Virus record (IMG/VR): IMGVR_UViG_3300037244_000020
Span: 26,838 to 90,837 of that record
Strand: one strand, 5' to 3'
Length of the DNA stretch: 64,000 nucleotides
From: a virus
Made by a program: the position numbers and the translations under genes. The notes beneath the pieces are model-generated. The model did not search any database, had not been told where the DNA came from, and was given only the letters and a program-made list of their open reading frames with translations. Shown one piece after another: positions 36,070 through 45,492 of this stretch. How positions within the stretch are numbered: position 1 is the stretch's first letter; each line of letters opens with the position of its first letter.

Positions 36070-38850
36070 ATGGCGGTAAATCCAGTACTCACGAACAATG
36101 CGTTTTCGCTCACAGTAGATGTTAGCGGCGCACAGGCTGCAGGAACTTTTGCAGCGGAGGCGCAGGTTTCGGCGCTGGCGGCTTCAGTAAGCGCTGCTAC
36201 AGCCACGACTGAGGCGGCCATTGCGACCAGCGCCGCGACGAGCGCAACAGCCAGCGCTACCAGTGCGACAGCCAGTGCAACGAGCGCAACAGCCAGCGCG
36301 GCTAGTGCGTCCGCCAGCTCTGTTGCACTTACGGCGGGCCTCGCCTCGTTTAACAAGACATGGCTCGGCCCGCATACGAGCGACCCGACGCTGGATAACC
36401 AAGGCAATGCGCTCGTGATCGGCGCAGATTATCTGAATACCAGCGTCACGCCGAACACCATCCGAGTTTATACGTCGACGGGGTGGCAGGACCAAGACGC
36501 CACGGCGGAAGCTGCAAGCGCTAACGCATCACTGTCCGCCACTCAGGCTGCGACCAGCGCGGGAAACGCGGCGTCCAGTGCGACGGCGGCGGGTACGAGC
36601 GAAACGAACTCAGCCGCTAGCGCCACGTCAGCATCTGCGTCGGCTTCCACCGCGACGGCGCAAGCTACCAACGCGTCTAACAGCGCCACGGCGGCCGCCA
36701 CGAACGAAACGAACGCTGCGGCGAGCGCGACGTCCGCCTCGGGCAGCGCCACGGCAGCGAGCACAAGTGAGACCAACGCATCCGCCAGCGCGACGTCCGC
36801 CTCGGGCAGCGCGTCTACTGCGACGACGCAGGCCGGAAACGCGTCAACCAGCGCAACTAACGCAGCTACTTCGGCGAGCACTGCGACGACGCAGGCCGGA
36901 AACGCGTCAACCAGCGCAACTAACGCAGCGAACAGCGCTACTTCAGCTTCGAATAGTGCGTCCGCAGCGGCGACCAGCGAGACGAACGCCTCGAACAGCG
37001 CCTCGGCTGCCGCAACGAGTGCATCTAACGCGGCGGCTGCTGCCGCAGGACTGTCGGTCGTGAACGGCGTGTTGAGCGTAGCAGTGAACGGCGGGGTGAC
37101 GCTGACTGCTGACCAAGCCGCCAACGGCATCCACGTCTACACAGGCACGCTGGCGGCGGCCACGACGGTCACGTTGCCGATGACATCGCATCCGTTCATC
37201 GCTGAGAACAAAACGACAGGGGCGTTTCCTCTCACGGTCGCAGCTACTGGCGGTGCAGCGCAGATCGTGATCCCGCAGGGTGCGACGATGCAGTTGTTCT
37301 GCGACGGCTCGACTGGCATTTTGCAGTCGAGCACCGCGTTCGTGGCGGCGCAAGGTGTGACGTCCCCCTTAGGCGACAGTTCGCTGCAGCTCTCGACTAA
37401 CCAGTTCGTGCAGTCAACCGTGAACGGGCGGCTGTCCTTATCGGTCGCGGGCAATTCGGACGTCAACCTGACCGCTGCGCAGGCAGGTCAAGGCGTTCTG
37501 GCTTTCACGGGCGCGCTGACCGGAAGCATCGCTGTGACGATCCCGGCGGCGTCTACGGGCGAGCGCGTTATCGAAAATTTGACGACCGGGCCTTACACGC
37601 TGACCGTAAAGACGCCGGCAGGAACGGGCATCGCTGTGACGCAAGGCGCGACGCAAAGCGTGTTCTGCGACGGCACGAACGTGCTGCTGTCGTCGAGCGA
37701 TCTGGTGGGGTCTGGGGCGCTCCCGGCTGCGGGCGGCACGCTGACCGGCCCGTTGAGTACTACATCCACGATCACATCAGGCGCGTCGGGGTACACGTTC
37801 TCTGACGGGTCGGTTCAGGGGAGCGCTGCGGCGGGCAAGAACCGGATTATTAACGGGGCTTGCAATGTGGCGCAGTATGGCGCAGTTGCTTCGACCCCTG
37901 GGGCAACATTTTATGGGGGTGTAGATAGGTTCGTCGCCATTAATGAAGCATCTGCGGGCGGGCAATTCACTCAGTCGCAAGGGTCAATCACCTACAACGG
38001 GGTAACCAAAAACGCTGTTGTTCAGACGGTTAACACCGCGGTGTCGAGCCTTACAGGCATTAACGAGTGGTATGGAATTGGCCAACGCATTGAAGGGATC
38101 AACGCCCACGACTTGTTGGGGCAACCTGTTACAGTCTCGTTCATATTCAATACGAACGTCGCAGGAACCTATACCCTTGCATTGCGGGACGGGTCAAACG
38201 CCAATAATTATGTGACCACGTTCGCTGCCAGCGCGAATACACCTGTTAGAGTGGTGGTCTCTGTACCGGCGGTTCCCATAAACGCAGGGATTCCAAACAC
38301 GTCTGCGGGGGGGATGTTCCTGAATATCGGCGCCATAAACCAAGGAACGTACCAAATAGCAGCCTCGAATTCTTGGCAAAGTGGGAAGTACTTCAGCGCA
38401 ACAGGCGCAACCAACTGGGGCGCAACGGCTGGCAACTTCATCGCTGTCACGGATCTTCAACTTGAAGCAGGCAGCGTGGCGACGCCGTTTGAACGACGAT
38501 CGTATAGGTATGACCTTACTGAGTGTCAGCGGTATTACCAGATTGCCGGTAATGGGTCATTTGGGGCATTTGAGACCGCTACGTCAATCGGTATAGCAGA
38601 AAAATTAACTGTAAATATGCGCGCTGCTCCGACTCTTTCGACTATCCCAGGGCTGACGCCGGCATTTAGATCAAGTAGTACCGACTTCTCAACCACAACC
38701 TACGTGCTATCAAATTCTATATCCACCGTGAATGGCTTATGGACGCAGGTTTCAGGTTTTACTGGCGGCACAATAGGCGCAATGGCATACTCGCGCAACA
38801 ACCCAGCCTTTACCTCTCAAGGGTTTATTGCGTGTAACTCAGAACTCTAA
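36070..38850 (+). CDS. Tail fibre protein
   Basis: Ser/Ala/Thr-rich stalk repeats, two tandem beta-rich domains, KNRIING...QLEAGSVATPFERR...CQRYY. Confidence 0.85.
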   Translation: MAVNPVLTNNAFSLTVDVSGAQAAGTFAAEAQVSALAASVSAATATTEAAIATSAATSATASATSATASATSATASAASASASSVALTAGLASFNKTWLGPHTSDPTLDNQGNALVIGADYLNTSVTPNTIRVYTSTGWQDQDATAEAASANASLSATQAATSAGNAASSATAAGTSETNSAASATSASASASTATAQATNASNSATAAATNETNAAASATSASGSATAASTSETNASASATSASGSASTATTQAGNASTSATNAATSASTATTQAGNASTSATNAANSATSASNSASAAATSETNASNSASAAATSASNAAAAAAGLSVVNGVLSVAVNGGVTLTADQAANGIHVYTGTLAAATTVTLPMTSHPFIAENKTTGAFPLTVAATGGAAQIVIPQGATMQLFCDGSTGILQSSTAFVAAQGVTSPLGDSSLQLSTNQFVQSTVNGRLSLSVAGNSDVNLTAAQAGQGVLAFTGALTGSIAVTIPAASTGERVIENLTTGPYTLTVKTPAGTGIAVTQGATQSVFCDGTNVLLSSSDLVGSGALPAAGGTLTGPLSTTSTITSGASGYTFSDGSVQGSAAAGKNRIINGACNVAQYGAVASTPGATFYGGVDRFVAINEASAGGQFTQSQGSITYNGVTKNAVVQTVNTAVSSLTGINEWYGIGQRIEGINAHDLLGQPVTVSFIFNTNVAGTYTLALRDGSNANNYVTTFAASANTPVRVVVSVPAVPINAGIPNTSAGGMFLNIGAINQGTYQIAASNSWQSGKYFSATGATNWGATAGNFIAVTDLQLEAGSVATPFERRSYRYDLTECQRYYQIAGNGSFGAFETATSIGIAEKLTVNMRAAPTLSTIPGLTPAFRSSSTDFSTTTYVLSNSISTVNGLWTQVSGFTGGTIGAMAYSRNNPAFTSQGFIACNSEL

Positions 38851-39534
38851 ATGCTTACATACTCGCTCGTCGCAAACAGCGCATCAATCCAACGCTCGGA
38901 TGGCGCGTTTATCCCCGCCGACCCGAACAACACCGACTATGCGAACTACCTCGCATGGGTCGCTGCGGGTAACACCCCAACACCGCAGCCCGGCACCCCC
39001 CTTGCTACTGCACAGCAACAGCAGGTCACCACGATCTCAAACGCGTGTCAGGACGCGATCTACTCAGGCTTTTCATCCAGCGCGCTCGGCGCGGTTTATC
39101 ATTACCCAGCGCTGGACCGGGATCAGTCGAATCTGGCGGCGGCGGTCTTCGCCGCGATCTCGGCAGGGCAGAGTACCGTGGTATGGGTGGCGAGTACGCT
39201 TTGCCAAGCCGGCATGCTAATAGCCGCGAATGGGCAGATTAACATCAACCTGACGAAAGGCACGTGCGGGCCTTCCGCGCCTACGTGGCCTTCTACTGTA
39301 GGTACGATCGCTCTCGACGGCGCTGCAACGTGGGAGATATGGACGACACCGCTCTGGTGCCGAAACCAGAGCGGTGTCTGGTCGCTGCAGCAACACACGT
39401 CTTCGCAGGTCCAGCAAGTAGGCCAAGACGCCTTGACAGCCCGCACAACTTATCAGGCAAAGAACGCGGCACTCGCCGCGCAGATTATGGCAGCAACGAC
39501 GGTCACTGCGGTTCAGGCGACAGTGTGGTCGTAA
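38851..39534 (+). CDS. Tail fibre assembly protein (DUF4376-like)
   Basis: IPADPNNTDY..YLAW; GFSSSALG..Y...DQSNL; HT..QVQQVG.D. Confidence 0.7.
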   Translation: MLTYSLVANSASIQRSDGAFIPADPNNTDYANYLAWVAAGNTPTPQPGTPLATAQQQQVTTISNACQDAIYSGFSSSALGAVYHYPALDRDQSNLAAAVFAAISAGQSTVVWVASTLCQAGMLIAANGQININLTKGTCGPSAPTWPSTVGTIALDGAATWEIWTTPLWCRNQSGVWSLQQHTSSQVQQVGQDALTARTTYQAKNAALAAQIMAATTVTAVQATVWS

Positions 39535-39649
39535 CCGCAGACACATCTGGTTACAAATTTGATTCTGTCGTACAATATCGCCATTGCAAGGGCGGCTATC
39601 GCACGTCAGAATCGAACCGCCTACCTAGGGCGGTCACGCCGGGGAACAC

Positions 39650-40036
39650 ATGGATACCAGCTCGCTTGTTTTCATCGGACTGGCCGCAGCAGGCGGCGTT
39701 GGCACCGTCGCCTGGTTTTGGATTCGGAGTGTCCAGATGGGCCTCGACAACGCTGCTAAAGTGCTTAACGGCAAAGCCAACCTTACTGACGTAGGGTCGC
39801 TGAAAGACGAACTCCACGCCACGAAGCTGGAGATGAACACCCAACTGAAAGATTTTCAGTTGGAATGTCAGAAGAATTTCGTGTCTAACCCGGCCTTAAT
39901 GCAAGTCATGGCGAGCCTGGATCGCACCATCCAGCAGCTTACTCAGGCCATTCAGCACAACGCTCTAGAGTCTCGTGAAGGGATCAAAGCGATCAACGAT
40001 CGCATCGACAACCTGATGCACAACCGGAATCCATAA
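39650..40036 (+). CDS. Putative holin/antiholin (N-terminal TMD, coiled coil)
   Basis: Single TM segment; directly upstream of the endolysin. Confidence 0.55.
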   Translation: MDTSSLVFIGLAAAGGVGTVAWFWIRSVQMGLDNAAKVLNGKANLTDVGSLKDELHATKLEMNTQLKDFQLECQKNFVSNPALMQVMASLDRTIQQLTQAIQHNALESREGIKAINDRIDNLMHNRNP

Positions 40037-40555
40037 ATGGCAACGATTACAGCGACGCAAGCCGGGGGGCAGAACCGCGTTGCTTTTTTACAGATGATCG
40101 CGGCGAGTGAGATTGGCCCGGCGCTGCTTGCCAAGACCGACGACGGCTATTCGTGCCTCGTAGGCGCCACGCCCGCGCGTCCTCTGACGTTCCCGTCTTA
40201 TGCGGACCACCCGAACGTCTTCAACGCAGCGCTCGATTCGACCGCAGCCGGACGCTACCAACTGCTGTATCACTGGTGGGCGGATCGCACCGTCAACGGC
40301 AAGGTGTACCACGGGTACAAGACGATGCTGGCGCTGAAAGACTTCAGCCCGCTGTCGCAGGATAAGGTCGCGCTGCAGCAGATCCGCGAGTGCAACGCGT
40401 TTCCGTATATCGATGCGGGCGATTTTGAGCACGCGGTCGCGCTGTGCGCGCACATTTGGGCCAGTTTGGCTGGCAGCACGTACGGCCAACATACGAACTC
40501 TCTGGCGCTTCTGCAGGGTTATTACACCGCAGCAGGCGGCACTCTGTCGACCTGA
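40037..40555 (+). CDS. Endolysin, lambda R-type lysozyme/transglycosylase
   Basis: AFLQMIAASE; STAAGRYQLL; DFSPLSQD; WASL. Confidence 0.9.
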   Translation: MATITATQAGGQNRVAFLQMIAASEIGPALLAKTDDGYSCLVGATPARPLTFPSYADHPNVFNAALDSTAAGRYQLLYHWWADRTVNGKVYHGYKTMLALKDFSPLSQDKVALQQIRECNAFPYIDAGDFEHAVALCAHIWASLAGSTYGQHTNSLALLQGYYTAAGGTLST

Positions 40556-40557
40556 CC

Positions 40558-40812
40558 ATGTGGACCTCCGCCAAAAAAGTCATCAAAGACTGCACGACGG
40601 AAAACAACGGGGAATCGTACTGCGCCTTCCGGGTCGCTGCGATGACGGTCATTGCAACGGGTTTCCCGACGTTTTTAGCCTGCACGATCTATACTGTCGT
40701 ACGTAATGGCACGTTCGACATGTGTTCGTTCGGTACAGCGCTTTGCGCGATACTCGGTGGCTGCGGCGTTCTCGCAGGCGGCGTGGCGCTCAAAGCCCGT
40801 ACGGAAATCTGA
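40558..40812 (+). CDS. Putative holin (2 TMDs)
   Basis: Two hydrophobic segments; between the endolysin and spanins. Confidence 0.6.
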   Translation: MWTSAKKVIKDCTTENNGESYCAFRVAAMTVIATGFPTFLACTIYTVVRNGTFDMCSFGTALCAILGGCGVLAGGVALKARTEI

Positions 40813-40823
40813 CAGGAGACTCC

Positions 40824-41354
40824 ATGCCCAATCCTTACGTGATACTGGCGGCCTTTGGCGCGACCATCGGCCTAGCCGTCGCTTCTTTCGGTATCGGCCA
40901 TCACATCGAGTATCTCGAGCTGGTAGCTTACCAGAAGACGCAGGCTGCGGCGGCAGAGAAGCAAGTCGCAGACAACAAGACCGCGCTAGTCAAGCAGCAG
41001 CAGGCGGATCAGGCTGCGATGGACAAGATCAACCAAGACCACGGAGTGCAACTTAATGAGATCACTCAGCGTCGTGATGCTTTGCTCACTGCTAACCGCA
41101 ACCTTACTCAGCGGCTGTGGGTCAGTACCAGTTCCGGTAAGCAGCCTTCTGGCGTGCCCCAAGTTGGAGCCAGTGGACCCGATGATGCTCAATCCGGTCG
41201 AGCAGCACTTTCTTACGGATCTTCAAAGTTTTTCTACGATGAATTCGCCCAAGCCGACGTCGACACAGCAACCATCGCCGCTCTCCAGCAAATAGTCGCG
41301 CATGACCGGGAAGTGTGTAATGGAAGCTTGCCAGGCGCGGCGGCTGCGAAGTAG
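40824..41354 (+). CDS. Rz: Inner-membrane spanin
   Basis: N-terminal TMD plus coiled coil; SD AGGAG; contains an embedded lipoprotein gene. Confidence 0.8.
   Translation: MPNPYVILAAFGATIGLAVASFGIGHHIEYLELVAYQKTQAAAAEKQVADNKTALVKQQQADQAAMDKINQDHGVQLNEITQRRDALLTANRNLTQRLWVSTSSGKQPSGVPQVGASGPDDAQSGRAALSYGSSKFFYDEFAQADVDTATIAALQQIVAHDREVCNGSLPGAAAAK
41056..41295 (+). CDS. Rz1: Outer-membrane spanin lipoprotein embedded in Rz
   Basis: Signal peptide with lipobox LSGC; Pro-rich; +1 frame inside Rz. Confidence 0.78.
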   Translation: MRSLSVVMLCSLLTATLLSGCGSVPVPVSSLLACPKLEPVDPMMLNPVEQHFLTDLQSFSTMNSPKPTSTQQPSPLSSK

Positions 41355-41409
41355 AATAGCGCAACGCCACGATCGCGTACCCCTTCAGAGGTTCTGATAC
41401 GTTGTAGAT

Positions 41410-41432
41410 AAAGCCCGCTCTCGCGGGCTTTA
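41410..41432. terminator. Bidirectional terminator
   Basis: AAAGCCCGC-TCTC-GCGGGCTTT between convergent genes. Confidence 0.7.
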
Positions 41433-41645
41433 TTTTTTCTCCCGATCCTTCAATTCCTCGCGGGCCTCTTCGCACTCACTGCAGTGCTCGATCGCGAAAC
41501 GGATGCCCTCCGAAAGATTCCCCTGCCCTAGCTTTCTGGCTAACCGCGAGTGTGTCGCTGTAAGTCGGGCGTAATACACTTCCATCGCTACATCCGGGTA
41601 CAGCCTTTTTCTTCCTGGCTTTTCCACCCGAATCTCCTCCCCCAT
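41430..41645 (-). CDS. Small ribbon-helix-helix-like DNA-binding protein
   Basis: KPGRKRL...ARKLGQGNLSEGIRFAIE; divergent from the accessory operon. Confidence 0.55.
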   Translation of the reverse strand: MGEEIRVEKPGRKRLYPDVAMEVYYARLTATHSRLARKLGQGNLSEGIRFAIEHCSECEEAREELKDREKK

Positions 41646-41756
41646 TTCGTATGACGCATCGAATTCGTCAGACGCCGATGATCTTACCATGCGTGTTAAG
41701 CGGAGAGACCGCGTAGTCGTACGGCGGAAACAACATCTTACACAAAAGGAACGAAC

Positions 41757-42803
41757 ATGGACGGCACCACATCCTCGCCTGTCACCCACAACGTCTATAC
41801 CACGGGCAGCGGTGACGGGGCAGCAGGGGGCAGCAGCGCTCTGCATTCGATCATCCCCGCCATGATGGCGATGGGCCAGAACCAGAATCAGCACCTCCCG
41901 GCTATCGCCGCTGCGGCGCTTGCTGGCGGAGCAGGTGGCGTCGGTCGAGGCACTCACGCGGGTCTGGGCGCAGCCGCTGGCGGCGCGATCGGCTTCGTGC
42001 TCGGCGCGTTGCTCAACGGCGGCAGCGGCGGTCTGTTCGGGGGTAACAACAACCGGAATGAAGGTAGCCTCGTGACCACGACTGACTTGAACACAGCCCT
42101 GAATCAGCAATCGCAGAATCAAAACACCAACGCGATCCTTCAGCAACTCTCGGCCATCGCCGTTGCGATTCCTGAGAACGAAGGCAAGGTTCAACTGGCT
42201 ATCTCGCAGTCGGAGAACCACATCTCGACGCTGGCACAGCAAAACGCGCTGTACTTGGCGAACAGCACCGCTGCGATCAACCAGAACGTCAGCAGCAACA
42301 CGGCGACCATTATTGCGGCAGCAGGCACCAACAAGGATGCGATCAACGCTGCGTCGAACTTGTCGCAACTGGGCATTTCGAACCTCAGCACGATCGCGCA
42401 GCAACTGGCGGCGGGCCTTGGTCTGCAGGCTGCGAACAACCTGTCTGTCATCCAGACGACGATCCGCGATGATGGCGACAAGACGCGCGCCCTCATGACG
42501 GCGTTCAATGACGCGACGCTGAACCGCATCATCACGACGCAGGCCAACGAGATCATCGAGTTGCGCAACGATCGTACGGTGAGAGGCAACGGTCTGGAGA
42601 TCACGCAAACCGTCAACCAAGTCCAGGCGCAAGCCCAGGCTCAACAACAGCAACAACAGCAGTTCCTGGTTCTGTCGAACATCGCTTCGTCGCTCTCGGG
42701 CCTGACTCAAATTGCTCATGCTACTAACCAGAACGTCATCGCTGGCAATACGGGCGCTGTCACGACTGGTGCGCAGTCTGCCAACCCTGTGAACGTGGCG
42801 TAG
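41757..42803 (+). CDS. Gly-rich, N/Q-rich coiled-coil protein
   Basis: SD AAGGA; glycine-zipper segment, then N/Q-rich heptads, DGDKTRAL, polyQ. Confidence 0.8.
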   Translation: MDGTTSSPVTHNVYTTGSGDGAAGGSSALHSIIPAMMAMGQNQNQHLPAIAAAALAGGAGGVGRGTHAGLGAAAGGAIGFVLGALLNGGSGGLFGGNNNRNEGSLVTTTDLNTALNQQSQNQNTNAILQQLSAIAVAIPENEGKVQLAISQSENHISTLAQQNALYLANSTAAINQNVSSNTATIIAAAGTNKDAINAASNLSQLGISNLSTIAQQLAAGLGLQAANNLSVIQTTIRDDGDKTRALMTAFNDATLNRIITTQANEIIELRNDRTVRGNGLEITQTVNQVQAQAQAQQQQQQQFLVLSNIASSLSGLTQIAHATNQNVIAGNTGAVTTGAQSANPVNVA

Positions 42804-42861
42804 CCGCGAAGTTGTTAGAGGGCCGACTCTAAAGGTCGGCCCTGCTTAAAGGAGGATTACG

Positions 42862-43053
42862 ATGCTAATTTCGCCGATCCAGATGGCGCAGATGCAGTTT
42901 CTGTTGAGCCAACTGCAGATGGTCAGGTTTTTTAGTTTCCTGGCTCCCCAGCGTTTGCAGGTTGCGAAGGCCCGTAACCAGCAAATTATCACGGGGAATC
43001 TCGCGGCGGTGACTACGGGCGCGCAGAACGCCAACCCGATAAACGTGGCGTAA
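42862..43053 (+). CDS. Short paralog of the C-terminus of 41757-42803
   Basis: SD AAGGAGG; ends GNLAAVTTGAQNANPINVA versus GNTGAVTTGAQSANPVNVA. Confidence 0.7.
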   Translation: MLISPIQMAQMQFLLSQLQMVRFFSFLAPQRLQVAKARNQQIITGNLAAVTTGAQNANPINVA

Positions 43054-43091
43054 TCCTGTCCGCTTTTACGCAGGATCAATGAGAGGTCCCC

Positions 43092-43469
43092 GTGCTTCAG
43101 ATACTCCCGTTTTCAGGGATGTCGATGGCTCAAGGTAGCCTGTTGCAGCAGCAATTCGGATTGATCCAGCAGCAGCAGTCGCTGCAGCCTGTGGTCTTTC
43201 AGCCCGTGCAGCAACAACAGTCCAGCAACTTGCCTGTCGTCATCCCACCTCTACCTCCTACGCCGACTCCCGATCTTTCGTACGTGTTCACGCAGACTTC
43301 GGTGTCTCCGGTGTGGACCATTAATCACAACCTAGGGACGTTTCCCTCGGTGACGATCGTAGATCCGTCGGGCAACCAAGTATTCGCTCAGGTTCAGTAC
43401 ATCAACAGCAACCAGGTAGTCGTCACATTCTCGCAACCCTTTGCGGGTTCGGCCTACCTGAGTGCGTAA
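43092..43469 (+). CDS. Q/P-rich protein with C-terminal WTINHNLG beta domain
   Basis: SD GAGG; WTINHNLGTFPSVTIVD..G. Confidence 0.75.
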   Translation: MLQILPFSGMSMAQGSLLQQQFGLIQQQQSLQPVVFQPVQQQQSSNLPVVIPPLPPTPTPDLSYVFTQTSVSPVWTINHNLGTFPSVTIVDPSGNQVFAQVQYINSNQVVVTFSQPFAGSAYLSA

Positions 43470-43481
43470 GGAGAAAGAATT

Positions 43482-43877
43482 ATGGCAATCGATGTCTATG
43501 CTTCATTCGACATGCACCAGAACGTCATCAGCGAGTTCGCAATTCAAAGCGGCGCAGCGTTCCCTGCAACTCCCGTTCTCGGTCAGCATTTCATCTTGAC
43601 ACCGGGTAACGTCGAGTCATACTGGAACGGTACCGTCTGGGTTGCGCTCGGCAACGGCCCGTATAAGTTCGCTCAGACCATCGGCAACGGCGTTCTGCTG
43701 ACTTTCGTGGTGAACCACAACCTGGGAACGCAAGATACGATAGAGTCGCTGTATAGCGTCTCTGCGCCGTTTGCGGAACAGATCGCTGTAGTTCAGCATA
43801 CGGACGCGAACAACACGACGTTCATTTTCACTATCCCGCCTGCGTTGAACTCTGTGCGGGCGGTCATCCACGCCTAA
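43482..43877 (+). CDS. Protein with VNHNLG beta domain
   Basis: SD AAGGAG; IGNG..TFVVNHNLGT.D. Confidence 0.75.
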   Translation: MAIDVYASFDMHQNVISEFAIQSGAAFPATPVLGQHFILTPGNVESYWNGTVWVALGNGPYKFAQTIGNGVLLTFVVNHNLGTQDTIESLYSVSAPFAEQIAVVQHTDANNTTFIFTIPPALNSVRAVIHA

Positions 43878-43893
43878 TAGGCAGGAGGGCATC

Positions 43894-44085
43894 ATGTTCG
43901 GTCCGTTCGGGTTCCCAGGAATTTTCCCAGGGTTTGGTTTCGGCGGCATTCTGCCCTCCTACATACCGTACTTGGTAGCGAACGGATTCGGCAAGTGCAA
44001 CTGTTCGAATCCTCTGCAGAACCTGCCGTCGTTCATTTTCCAGCCGCTCATCACGCCATTTCCGTTCACAAGGCGGTTCTGGTAA
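43894..44085 (+). CDS. Small Phe/Gly/Pro-rich protein
   Basis: SD AGGAGG; MFGPFGFPGIFPGFGFGG; followed by a terminator. Confidence 0.65.
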   Translation: MFGPFGFPGIFPGFGFGGILPSYIPYLVANGFGKCNCSNPLQNLPSFIFQPLITPFPFTRRFW

Positions 44086-44087
44086 AG

Positions 44088-44117
44088 AAAGCCCCGCTCA
44101 AAAAGCGGGGCTTTTTC
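44088..44117. terminator. Bidirectional terminator
   Basis: AAAGCCCCGCT-CAAAA-AGCGGGGCTTTTT. Confidence 0.8.
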
Positions 44118-44281
44118 CTTCCAGCATCACAGCGTACTCGACTGCCGCCCCGCTCATGCGCGCCCGGCTGGCGACTGCGAAATTGGCGTCGGACACCGAA
44201 GGGTAAGACCGAGGCAACCGCTGCCAGCCAGTAGGCTCTTTAGCGTACCCGCGCCGGATGCGGTACCAGATGCAGTAGACC

Positions 44282-44485
44282 TCAGAATTCATGAGGTGCC
44301 CACAGCGCTCGGTTCTGTGCGCTTCGCCTCTGCAGTTCCAGCCCCTCTTTCCTAAGACAGTCGACCTCACGCTGCATGGAGTCGATACTGGCGAGAAGTA
44401 CCGCGTCAGCGATCTCACGCTGCTTTCGGCGCTCCCTACGCCGTCGCTGCAGTTTCTCGGTATCGTCTTTGACGTCTTTCATCAC
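44282..44485 (-). CDS. Small coiled-coil protein
   Basis: Coupled ORF. Confidence 0.5.
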   Translation of the reverse strand: MMKDVKDDTEKLQRRRRERRKQREIADAVLLASIDSMQREVDCLRKEGLELQRRSAQNRALWAPHEF

Positions 44486-44649
44486 TTCTTCCTCTTAACA
44501 CGTTCAGGTAGATTTTTGACCGGCACGCCCTTTTGTGCAGCGACAAGTTTCTTCGCTGCGGTCTGCGACAGTCCGGTCTTCTTGGCAATTGCAGGACTGC
44601 GCGCCGCCGCCTGAAAAAGCCTGTTCTGGGCTTTGCTGACCGCAGGCAT
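44482..44649 (-). CDS. Small basic protein (55 aa)
   Basis: Read manually: MPAVSKAQNRLFQAAA...; start overlaps the upstream stop. Confidence 0.55.
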   Translation of the reverse strand: MPAVSKAQNRLFQAAARSPAIAKKTGLSQTAAKKLVAAQKGVPVKNLPERVKRKK

Positions 44650-45479
44650 TACACCGCCCTCTGTATCTCATCGACGAATTTCAGCGTCTCGCGCCGCAAG
44701 TGGTCGGCGAGGCGTGGGTCGATGATGCTCTTGATGGTGGCGGCTTCAATTCCGAGCGTTGCAGCGGTCTCGAAGTCGAGAGCCGACTTGGCAGACGTCA
44801 GGATCGGGTCCACGCCTGCCCCGGCCACAGGGCAACCGCCCGGGCCGTCGCACAGCGCGAGGACAGCTTGCCAGTCTTTGCTGCGTTTCGTGCAGGTATC
44901 GATCAGCGTGTACTCGTCCGGGTCCAGCAAGTGCGCCTCAAACCGTGCGTGCTCCTCGACGATCTCAGCCCAGAACTTGACAACTTCCTGCCGGTCATAT
45001 TCCGACTGGCCGCCAGCGAGTTGCGTAAGGCGCGTCGTCCACCGCTCCGCCTCATGCTGCGTGTGCTCGAAGAACAGGGGCCAGACGAGGCTGCGTAACG
45101 CGCCGCTGGTCTGTGCTGCGCCCTGCTTTGCCTTGTAGTCGATGAACGGCTTGATGGCGTCAGTGACCATTGTACAGAACGCCTTCAGACCGTCCAGCTT
45201 GGGCGGCCCGCTGGCGTCGATCTTCTTGAGTAGGTCGGAGAACGTCTTATTGAACTGCTGCGCTTGGGTGCGTTCGGCCTGCGCGACTTCGGGGGGCATC
45301 AGCAGCACGAAGAATAGCGCGTGTTCCGCCATGATGTCGACGGCGAAGCGCGCATCGGCCCATGCGTGCAAGCACGGATCGGCCTGGTCGAGCGGAGGGA
45401 GTGTCACGATCTTTTCGAACTCTGAGTCAGGGGAAACGATACCGTCCCTGTCGTATAGGATGAACTGCGCTGCTGCCAT
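44649..45479 (-). CDS. DUF2935-like tandem four-helix (putative di-metal) protein
   Basis: IMAEHALFF..EHTQHEA; FWAEIVEEHARF..LLDPDE; LADHLRRE. Confidence 0.75.
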   Translation of the reverse strand: MAAAQFILYDRDGIVSPDSEFEKIVTLPPLDQADPCLHAWADARFAVDIMAEHALFFVLLMPPEVAQAERTQAQQFNKTFSDLLKKIDASGPPKLDGLKAFCTMVTDAIKPFIDYKAKQGAAQTSGALRSLVWPLFFEHTQHEAERWTTRLTQLAGGQSEYDRQEVVKFWAEIVEEHARFEAHLLDPDEYTLIDTCTKRSKDWQAVLALCDGPGGCPVAGAGVDPILTSAKSALDFETAATLGIEAATIKSIIDPRLADHLRRETLKFVDEIQRAV

Positions 45480-45492
45480 GATTGGTCTCCGG

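Noticed and set aside
36070-39534. Diversity-generating retroelement or invertible fibre cassette
   Set aside because: No reverse transcriptase, TR/VR pair or invertase was seen.
41646-42719. 429-aa minus-strand ORF
   Set aside because: Antisense to the N/Q-rich gene; only the last 71 codons (41430-41645) look genuine.
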